Translations under genes and position numbers: made by a program
From: Rhizophagus irregularis
Lineage: Eukaryota
Length of the DNA: 64,000 nt
Assembly: GCF_026210795.1 (NCBI RefSeq)
Contig: NC_089433.1
Location: forward strand, 4,960,001 to 5,024,000
Reading direction: 5' to 3'
Notes under the pieces: generated by a model
What the model was told of the DNA's origin: nothing
The model's database searches: none
What the model saw: only the letters and a program-made list of their open reading frames with translations
Shown: positions 53,441-64,000 of the stretch, in pieces
Layout: every line of letters begins with the position of its first letter
Position numbering within the stretch: the first letter of the stretch is position 1

Positions 53441-53650
53441 CCACAACGTAGTCAACCTATCCGAATAACCATTTCAATCGAAAGTACATAAATTAAAAAC
53501 AAATAATAATTTCCTGATTAAGGTAGTTTTATAAGAAATATTGTTAAATAATAAAAGTTAAGCCTAAGCCTTTTTTGTTAACCGCAAAAAAAGAAAAAAG
53601 AAATAATACAAAAGAAATTTGATCAAATTTTAACTCCTTATAAACTTATA

Positions 53651-55250
53651 TCATGCATTTTCGTCTCCTAATACTCTTATATATTTGTTACGTGTTTTTC
53701 TTAACTCATCTAGATAACAATCATCAATATAATATTCTTTTAACAAATTTTCTAATATAGCTACTCTATCTTCGATTCTACCATTCTCTGGTAGATTACA
53801 TGGATCTTCTACTAATGGTATTCCTGCACGAGAAACATATCTACTTGCCAAACTTTTTTTAAATCTCCGACGACATGGCCAACAACGTAACAAGTGTGTT
53901 TGACAAATTCCCCTTAAAATAAATATAATAAAATTATTTATTAATATCATTTTAAATGCATTAAAATATTTTTTATATTTACCATGGAGAAAGTTTTGAA
54001 GCGCCAAATAGTAAAACAAATATTCCGCTTATAGCACTATAAAAACCACCAAAATTTTCTATAAGTTTTATAACTAAAAAGAGAAGAGGAAAATTAATTT
54101 TAAAATTATTCAAATGCAAAATTAATATGTAAATTATAATTACCATTATTTTTGAATGTCATAATATCATCATTAACTATGAAATCATAATAATGTGACA
54201 ATTCTAACACAGTATTCACAGTATTAAAAGTATTCGGTATTTGAGCAAGTACGTTATCTTCAATTACAATATTCATATCATCATCATCTGCATCGAAACC
54301 AAAAAGACCAAAAATAGGTTTAGAATAATATTTCGTATTTTTGTAATTAAAAGTATAATTGTAATATCGTCCTGGAGTAAGAAAGTGCTTGCTAAACCCT
54401 AATTTCAATTTCATCTGTTTTTTAGGACTTAATTCCACCTTCGCCTCATTAAAGTCAAAATTTGTCGCAGTGTAAAATGATTCAAAACCAATTTCGAAGT
54501 AATCATAAATTGAAAAATTATCCAAAGTAATAACAAAGAGAAGAGGGTGCCGTTTATAATAGGGATGTTTGACGAATTCATTTCGAGGAATAAATTCCAT
54601 ACAACGATGATTAAGTTGATTAACATAAATGGAAAAATCGGTTCTTTTAGGAATTAAACTATTGTTGTATAAATAATTTATCATGTTCGGATAAAATTTG
54701 GGCATCCCTGTCGCTGTGAAATTAACAAAATAATTAATTTTTAAAAATCGATCGTTATATTTTAATATCGATAAACTTACGTTCATAATTGAAATCTACA
54801 TAGGAAGACTCATTAGCGAAATACACTTGAAAATCTAAGTCATTATAATATAATTTGTATAATGATATTCCTAATGTAGAATTATTGTCGGAATCGCCTT
54901 TCATTATGAAATTGATAAATATATTTAATATTAATTTATATTATAACTTTAAAATAATATTTTTAATCTCTTACTTAAAGTTCTTAGGCAAATATTAAAC
55001 TCTATTTTTTAAAAAAAAAGTCAATTAAGGCTTAAAGATTTTTACATTATATATAATATAAAAATTAGATACCTGGATATGTAATAAACATGAAATTTTC
55101 AGTATTAATTTCGGAAATGAATTCGTCAAATGAAATCCAAATATAATAACCAAGAGCAACTGAAAAGAAAAGCGCAGTCAACAATCGTAATATGCTGAAA
55201 AATTTAGGTTCTGTTTTTCGAAAACTTTGGTAAGATTCTAAGAGAAACAT
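53651..55250 (-). CDS. Two-TM membrane protein (DEG/ENaC-like topology), copy 2
   Basis: Same exon structure and motifs as 48830-50448 (KTEPKFFSILRLL, ENFGGFYSAISGIFVLLFGASKLSPW, LLKEYYIDD). Confidence 0.8.
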
Positions 55251-56031
55251 TTTTATTATAGAGTTTAGTACGACTCAGCTATTTTATAGTCCAATCCTAA
55301 TTCTTGTCCGCTGATCAGCAGTTGAATTTTTTTTTTTTGGTAGCACGTATTTGTCGATCATCCTACAATGGTTATTTTAAATGATCTGTATTAGTAAGTA
55401 GCTGCATTAAAATATACAGTTATTGCATATTAAGGAAATTAGGAAATTTCTGAAATTTCTGCAAAAATAGTCAAATATTAAAGTACATTTTAACCGTAAA
55501 GAATATGGATAGTATTTCTAATTACTTTTATGAAATCAAGAGCAATCTACTTCTAAATTTGAGTTCCATAGAGATATTATTTTGTGTCGTCATTCTCGCA
55601 ATAGACGAACTCACTTTTGCTAGGTTCCTTGTGCTATTTTATAACTCTGTCCACTGATCTGCAGTTGATTTTTTTTTTGGTAACACGTATTCTGTAACAA
55701 ACCATATATGTAAAAAAAAAATAAAAATAATTGAGGTTTATTTTCGAAAATGTATGTCGATTATCCTAAAATGATTATTTTGAATGAAATCTTTTACGCC
55801 ATCAAAGCTGTACTACCAGTACAAAATGATTATCAAAATCATAGTTACTATTGGCTAATTTGTTATGTTTAATTATAGATTTTAGGATTTATAACCATGC
55901 TTAACTGCAGTTACTGCATAAATAAGGAAGTTTCTGAAAAATAGCCAATTAAAAATAAACCCACAAAACTTAAAGTACATTCTTAACCGTATAGTAACTA
56001 AAAAAAAAAAAATTTATCCCTCGAAATAAAA

Positions 56032-57480
56032 ATGAAGAAAATTTCTCAGTATTTTGATGGGCTCAAGAAGAATCTCTTTCTATATTTAAGTTCCATAGAG
56101 AATTTATTTTGTGTCGTCCTTCTTGCATATTCTATTGTTGCCTTGATTGAAAACATTTTCGTTTGGATTAGTTCAAGAGATTTTATAAATTCTCTAGACT
56201 GTTTTTTTAATTCAGTTTTAGTGATTATATCTGGAATTATTACGGTAATTATAGTGAGTTCCTTTTAAAATTATGTTCTAATTTTAAAATAATGTTATTT
56301 CTTGTATTTTTATAGGCAACATTCAGAACTCTTAACCATATATTAATAAATTTTATCGTGAATGTTACACTCATTCTATATACGTATTACCTCTATTATT
56401 ATAATGTAAAAATTTCCGGCTCTATAACGTTTATAGTTTTACAAGCAATATTTCTGTTACTTATTTTGCTTATAGTTATTATTTGGTTACGTCGAAAAAG
56501 GTAAATAAAATTAATAAACATTCTATATATAAAATTATTTAAACAAGAATCCTAACATGTAAAATCTAATTAGTACATTTAAGAAAAGTTTATTTGCGAA
56601 CAAAGAAATGGATACCGAAAATACCAAAATTAAAGGTTAAATTTTTAATATATATAATTTTAATTGAAGTTAAATTTTCTATATACTTTCTAAAATATCA
56701 ATATACTTGATAGAAATCTATAAATGGTATCATTTGCAACTAACTTTGTGTCACGCACAGATTTTAGTTGCTATACTTTCGCAGTTTACTTATATGAATA
56801 TAATGATATCAATAATATACGGTAGTAACGTGGGAAGTCCGTTTGATCTCTTGAAGTATATACCTTGGCCAAGTGTCCTTTTATGTATAATTGCTCTAAT
56901 AATGATTAAAGGGGTAACTAATTTAAACTTTTTTTTTTTAAAAAAAAAGGAATTAATTATCTATCATATTTGTTTATTTGCAGGTTCGCGAAGAATCAAA
57001 ATGTAAAATGATCATATTTTACATTGCTAATTTTACGCTCTATATATACTATATTTGTGTATTAATAATAGAAATTAATATATTAACTTCACAAACTTCA
57101 CAAGGAAACTCTGAATATATTATATTTATATTAGGTACTGTAAATATGACGAAAATTGTCATATGGTATTTTACTTTAGAAATTAAATAACCGAATTTAT
57201 TTATCTACAGAAAGAAAAATTGATATTGTTTTGGTCATAATTTCAATTTTTATAACAACATTTACAATAATAAATTCAATAATTTGCCATAAGAATTTTG
57301 GACAAGACTTAAAAGATTATCGTAAGTAAAAAATTTTTTTTCTTTTTTATAAATTTTAAAAGAAAAATTTTATCAACTAAAATAATATGTATTGTTTTAG
57401 TATTAAAGGAAGAACTGAAACCATTTAGGGAATCATATGATTATAAAGATGATCTTGATGATTATCACGAACGAACGTAA
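56032..57480 (+). CDS. Multi-pass (~7 TM) membrane protein, copy 2
   Basis: Paralogue of 50924-52446 with the same intron positions; ends FRESYDYKDDLDDYHERT*. Confidence 0.75.
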
Positions 57481-58429
57481 CGACTCTTGAAACAAATAAC
57501 TTATTTATCAGCACATTTTTTTTTAACGTTAAATTTTTTAAATTTTTAAATTAATAATTACAATATGTTTTATATATATATATATATATACACTACATAT
57601 TTTTTATGAAATGAAATGTATTCGTGAGAATTATTCTTTATTCACGCGAAAATTTTCAAAATGTTACACAAATAAATAATCGACAAAGCTTTTATTTTAT
57701 TACCTTTACGAAACAGAAGCTACCTCGCAGTAAGAGCTGAAAATTATCGGATAAAGGGATTTTTCTATAAAAAAGGCAAAAAATAAAAAATAAATTAAAA
57801 CTAAGATATGAGGAAGTTTAATTTTTTATATCAACCACAGCCAGATTGATCCTTCTTGTCTTCCTTTGATGCCTTTTGATCCTTTTGTTCTTACTACCTG
57901 TATCCTTATTTTTTTGATATATTCTGAGCAGTAAAATCGTCAACAGAATCTTATCCAGTTTATTTATAATAAATGTCTACACTCTCAATATTTGCATTCA
58001 CGTGATTTACATTATAGGTTTTGAACTATACAAATGAAATGTTACTTTTTCTATACATATATATATATATTAATATATATAAAGCTCATTCTGTTAAACA
58101 TTATTTTTACTAGTATGGCGCAGTAAAAGACATTCTTATTATTTAACACCGTTTAACAATAAACACAAGTGCGGATATCTTTCACCTTTTTTTGACACTC
58201 CATACCTAATAGTATAAACGTATGGTAAAGGTTTCGGTCTTTAATAGAAATATACAGCCTTATTTTGAGGACAAAGTTTAATATACAACAAAAAACATTT
58301 TTTACATATATCACTTTCCAAAGAGTTTTTTTTACTTTTCTGCGTTCATATTTTATCCTTTATTTTACAATACTGGTTTTTTTTAACCTTTATTATATAA
58401 ATTTCAATATTATACTCTTTCTTACATAT

Positions 58430-59880
58430 ACAATATGTCCTTTTCAAAACCAATTTCCTATCCTCCCGCAAAAAATTCGGTCTCCTTGAAAAAATTTCAC
58501 GTGATTATCAAAAAGTGTTACCACGACAAATACAACAAAAATAAAAATTCTTAATTCAAGACAATATTCTACAAACTGTAACAACAAAACCACAAAAACC
58601 TTTTTTAACTTCACATACAAACGATACCGGTTTTATTTCGGAATTTTCATTCCATGTAATCATGAATATACGGATACACTACAAATGTCTCGTACGTGTA
58701 CTGTACCGAGCCCTTTCATCATGTCACATGACCGACGCGCTTGCGTCCAGCATCAAAAAAATTTTTTGCGTTACATACGTTCAATAACTTCCACCCAAGC
58801 TCCAATCTAACGACAAAGTATCTCATGCTAACCTGCTTTGTCAACTAGTGGCTAATGAACCTACGAAAGAAGTTTATTCTTCAGATATATGGCCAGATAT
58901 CAAGCCAATGACCTCAATTCTTCTTCAATCACGACAAGAAATATATTTATCACAAAAAATATGCAAAGTTTCGTCATGACTACAGTTTAAACCCTCGTAC
59001 TGCAGAAAGACAACGCGCCCGTTTTCAACAGCATTGTGCTCGCATCATCCATTCCGCTCAATCTAGGACTAAAGATCCAGAGAATATGGACTTAGCTAGC
59101 TTCCAAACTGGCTATCGTCAGACGATATAGATTTTTATTTTTGTTATCACAAGTCTTTAATAGACTAATTAAACATTTACGATATCGAAAACTTGATCAA
59201 TCCCCTAATGAAGCTAATTATAAGTTTTCTTTACCAACAACTTCATTCAGTCACCCAGTCTTTAATTACTTTTCAACAACCCCTGACACACCGTCTAAAC
59301 CGCAACCTCCGGTTTCGACTTATGATCAAATTCCTTTACAAACAACTTCTACTACACCCACAACTCCTAATTATACCCATGGATTTAATTTCCTATACCA
59401 GATATACTGGTGCCTTTTCTACCTCAAATGCCTCTTCATTATCACCGAAGTAGTGGGAAACATATTCCCCTCGAACTAGGCAGCCGACGATGGTTTGATG
59501 AACTTTATAACATCAAAAAACGCCATGATGCAAAAGAAAAAGATAAACAACGCGCTCTCGTAAAACAGAATCAAGCCAAGATGTTGGGTACATCTACCAA
59601 CAAGTTAGAACAACGCGTTGATTTAACGCGCGACCTCACAAAATTCTAAGACAAACATATGACGTTGTTCTCTGAACGTCGTACTAGGTTAGGAAATAAA
59701 AACTTAACGATACAAATCGACACATCAATACCGCGAAAGTGGAAAAATTGGAATCTGAATTTAAACAATTTCAAACTTAACTACTTCTCAGTCATCAGTC
59801 GTAACCAACTACACTACAATAACAAAGGTGATCCTCGTACGACACCAAAGGTTTAGAATCTCCTCCACGCATTTGAAGTA
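58430..59880 (+). pseudogene. Decayed intronless ORF of a repeat-type family, probably retroelement-associated
   Basis: A/C-rich strand with broken frames: FYFGIFIPCNHEY..PSPFIMSHDRRACVQHQK, HANLLCQ, HIPLELGSRRWF. Many stops and frameshifts. Confidence 0.55.
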
Positions 59881-60254
59881 ATGAAAGCAGTCGAAGGACG
59901 GGGTTTTTTATCTGGATGAATCAACCTGTGTGAGTCCAGGTTGTGATTGTTATCAACATTTCTTTTGAGTGAAATGACCACTACATCATTAACATTTTTA
60001 CCAATTTAGAATAGTGTGAACCATTCCATTTATTACAGTATTGACAAGTGGTGGATGCATAGCAATAAACAGATTATGTACCTCAATTAAATAGAAAAAT
60101 TTGAACTCATTAAAAGCTAAAGTCATTCCATTATATATGATGTTAAATTTATATACTGTATTTATATAGTTTTAATTAAAAATCAAGTTTATTGCAAAAT
60201 AATATAAAACTGTTATTTAAAATAAATGACAAAATGAATTCAGTTATTTAGACT

Positions 60255-60488
60255 AGGACCCCGAACAATATATAAATAGGTCATAGGAAATTGGCAAAAA
60301 TTTACTATTAGCTCCACGCATTTTTTCAGGGCCGGAATTATGATAATGTCAGTCAGTTACTAAATAAAGTAATATATTTCTTACCAACGTTATCAAAATT
60401 TATCTAAAAAAGGAAAGATTTTCATGATTATTTTAGCCTATTCTACGCGTTATTTCTTGTTACCTATTTCAGTATTGCTCGGGGTCCT
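60255..60488. mobile_element. MITE with 8-bp TSD
   Basis: TIR AGGACCCCGA(A/G)CAATA..AAATAGGT; perfect TSD TTTAGACT (60247-60254, 60489-60496). Confidence 0.92.
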
Positions 60489-60586
60489 TTTAGACTACTA
60501 ATAATAAAAAACATGTAAAATAATATAAAGGATTTCACATGACATATCTAACTTTTTTTTTTCAGGTATTTAAACACTAAGTATTT

Positions 60587-62940
60587 TTATATATCTTCTG
60601 GAATTTCTAATTCCTCTTGATCTTCTGAATGAAAATTTGGATTATTTGAAATATCGTCATCTTCCATAACTGGTATAACATAAAAGTTATTAATAGAAAA
60701 GTATAAAAAAAATTTACAACATTAAAATCTTACCATTATTATTTGTAACATAATTCATTTGTGAGTATTGGAATTTACCTTAAAATATATTTTTGGAATA
60801 AATATTAATTATTATAGAAAGTCAATAGGAATATATTTTGCATTTTACATTATATGTTAATTACCTTTATTCTCACTTAATTTTATTTTTTTAGATTTAA
60901 TTATATCTTCTTTTTTCTCGTCTGCTTGAAATAATAGAAAAAATATTTTAATATAATTATAATTAATTAAAAAAGTTTTAATATAGAATTATTTAATACC
61001 ATCAAAATAAATTCTTTTAGATTTACTATTATCTGGCTCTACAAAACATAAAATTAGTTTTAAAATACAAAAGTATCATAAACATCATATTTTATTGATA
61101 ATCTTACTGATTATTGTCAAGTCATATTGTCCAATTTGATGTTCAGTTCTTTTAAATACAAAATCTTCAATTTCTAAATAAAAAAATATTTACAAAATAA
61201 ATAAAATAAATTCAATCTTTAATTATTTAATATGTAAATTATTCCTTACCACTCGGAATACTTAAGTTATGTTGTATACTTTGATATTCTAGCGATATAA
61301 ACAATTTAATAAATTTTTAGAATGCATAAAAGTTTTTTAAATAAATATTAAGATATGCAGTACCTTTTTGTTCTAGTATAAAATTATTATAGTTTATAAA
61401 ACAGCAATTTAATTAAATATAATTAACAAACGATTAAATGAATAAATATATTCAAATACATTAATTAATTTACCTTCAGCACTAGCATTTCTTGGAACAG
61501 GTAAATTTTCAAAAATATGGACTTTACTAAGACTTTCAACTAATGAATTAACAGAGCTAGAATCTGTATAATAATTTGTTATGCATACTTCATTATTTAT
61601 CTGCTGTTCATCATTTTCGTTTTGATGATATAGTCTTTTCATTTTTTCGATTTCATTTAAAAGGTAATCAATTTTAGGTCTTTTTACTGGATCAGCATCC
61701 CAGCATTGTTCCATTAATATTCTATATTCATATGGAGTTCTTGGAATTATTTTTGGTCTCATTCCATTTATTATCCGCAATGCTAAGTCACAATCATGTT
61801 CCAAATTAATGAAAGGTGGTTGACCAGATGAAATTTCCCACATTAGCATTGCAATACTATAAATATCAGATGCAAAAGTGGTTTCTTTATTAGCAATAAC
61901 CTCTGGCGCTATATAAGGCAGATTTCCATATATACCATTTAATGGTTTATTAGCTGGTCCACAAAATCCAAGATCACTAATGTAGAATGCTCTAATTTCT
62001 GTAGATAATAATATATTTTTAGAATGCAAATCCCTATGAATTGCATTTTCATTATGAATTCTATAAAGTGCTTCAATTATATTTGACATAATGTTAATTC
62101 TTTCTTTCCAGTTAAGTTTATGAAAATTTTGTTGTAAATATTTTCTTAAATCCATATCCATTTGTTTCATTACAAGCATATAATTTCCATCTGATGGATC
62201 TTTTGTTAACCCGTAACATTGCACTATACTCGACCATTTGTTGGTTATAGATAAATGAGATTTACACTAAAAAAAATAAATAAATAAATATCTTTAATTA
62301 TATAAATTCTTATTTCAATCATGAATATAACATATTTTTATTTATTATATACCTCATCAAACCAACTTCTATTAGCACTTTCAACATTTTCTAATTTTTT
62401 AAGTATCACTTTAAGCATTCCATATCTTTTTAATCGTTGTTTTTTATTATCCCAATCATGGTAAGCTCCATCAATCCAATTTGCCGTATAAATTTCAGAA
62501 TATCCACCTTCAGTTAAATATTTAATATTTTGTAAGTTATCATATGAAATCCATTCCACTATATTGTATGGAGCATATGAATCTATTTGACAATTTTGTA
62601 TTAGATCATCAATGTTAGTATTTCCAGACGCCCAATTTGAAAAATTTTTTTTTAAATGATTCCGAATACAATATTCACAATATGATTTAGCTAAACATTC
62701 TTGGTTACAATTTTCACAAATTCTTTTTGTTCCCCTATTAAAAAGAACTTTGTCATTATCAAATTTAATATTTAATAAACATATTAATACTGATTTTTCA
62801 TTTTTTGTAAGAAATTTATCGGCAAGAATAATTTGTTTTTTAAATTCATATCGTTTTTCTAAAGTATTGTAAATATTATGATCCACCAATGCATACACTC
62901 TATTGTATACAGAAGCAATTAATTCGCTAATATCAGTCAT
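60587..62940 (-). CDS. TKL-like protein kinase with N-terminal Cys-rich region, multi-exon
   Basis: CENCNQECLAKSYCEYC, EGGYSEIY, VILK, HRDLHSKNI, SDLG, GNLPYIAPE; small 3' exons ending NPNFHSEDQEELEIPEDI*. Confidence 0.9.
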
Positions 62941-64000
62941 ATTAAATTGTTTAGTACTAATAGTATAATAATAGCATGTGAGCTCAATTGAAATGAAAGG
63001 ATTTTTAAGGATTGAGCCTTTATTTATAATTCTTTCGACTCATAAGTCATTGATTATTTTATTGCCAAACATGGAAGGCAAATACATCATAATACCGAGT
63101 ATATCGTATTCGGCAACAAATTTGCCGTATATTATGAAACGAATAAATCTCTGTAGTCGGTAAATTTTAGCCGTAAGATCTGCAAATCGTTCGTTAATTC
63201 GATTTTTCTATAGTACGATTTACAAATATAGTACTAAGATATACTATATGATTATTAAAATTAGTAATTAAGGAATTGCAAAACTTAGTATGTAGTATAA
63301 TAATACTAGGATTCTAGGAAACGAAAATTGCCGATATACATTGTCACGTACTATACAATTATTATGCATACCGTACGTTGTAAGACTGGGGTCGGTGATC
63401 TTACGTAAATATTCCTTTATTTAATAAAATAAAATATTAATTTACACGATTATCTCCCACTATTGGGGGAAATAAATAATAACATTTGTTCAAAAATTAA
63501 AATATTCATAAAATAAAAATAAATGAAAAATCATCTATTGATAATTTCCCACAAACTTTAATATATTAAATTTGATTCCAAAGTTCAAAATCGATTGTTG
63601 TTATTTTCCGCAGGCCTAAGAAAATATCTTGGTAAATTTTCATAAAGTATTTCCTTATGAATAAGTCTATCTTTTATTACTGCAACATAATTATTTCATC
63701 ATTTGTGATCGATAATTCGGTATACGTAATTCCGAATAATTATTTAAGTTGATAATCATAATAATTTTCCATAAAAGTGTCCCGCAGTGATAAATATTAC
63801 ATCATCGTTTCCATTTCATCAATCATTATTTCCTTAAGTAATATAATCATAAAAAATAAAATTAAAAAGCAACATGAAACGTTACATAATGAGTCAGTTT
63901 ATATTCGTGATCCAGGAGATTTTCAACAAATAATATTTTTGATATTTTTATACACTTATAATAAATATAAGACTATTTCTATTTGTACACTACGTGTGTA

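Overview
This window is very AT-rich, intron-rich eukaryotic DNA. Its gene families (expanded TKL-like kinases, F-box relic, archaeal-type ATPase) point to an arbuscular mycorrhizal fungus, Rhizophagus-like (inference). Host-type genes: a secreted ~212-aa protein, three TKL-like kinase genes (one with an early stop) plus a decayed kinase pseudogene, a gene made of four tandem kinase N-lobe modules, a P-loop ATPase, and a duplicated head-to-head pair of a 2-TM channel-like gene and a multi-TM gene. The window is dense in mobile DNA: hAT-like and other MITEs with exact target-site duplications (TSDs), a pogo relic, a Gypsy RT fragment and poly(A) retroposons. Main highlight: a 7-exon, apparently intact 734-aa RAG1/Transib-like DDE recombinase with an N-terminal FYR-like domain (20783-18149). 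It lies tail-to-tail, 9 bp apart, with a C2H2 zinc-finger gene, a layout recalling RAG1-RAG2 but with a non-kelch partner. Other highlights: an ORF1-only (HAL1-like) retroposon with a 16-bp TSD, an array of 3-nt microexons, DEG/ENaC-like channel candidates, and MITEs carrying telomere-like repeats. All calls come from reading the sequence by eye; no database searches were run.
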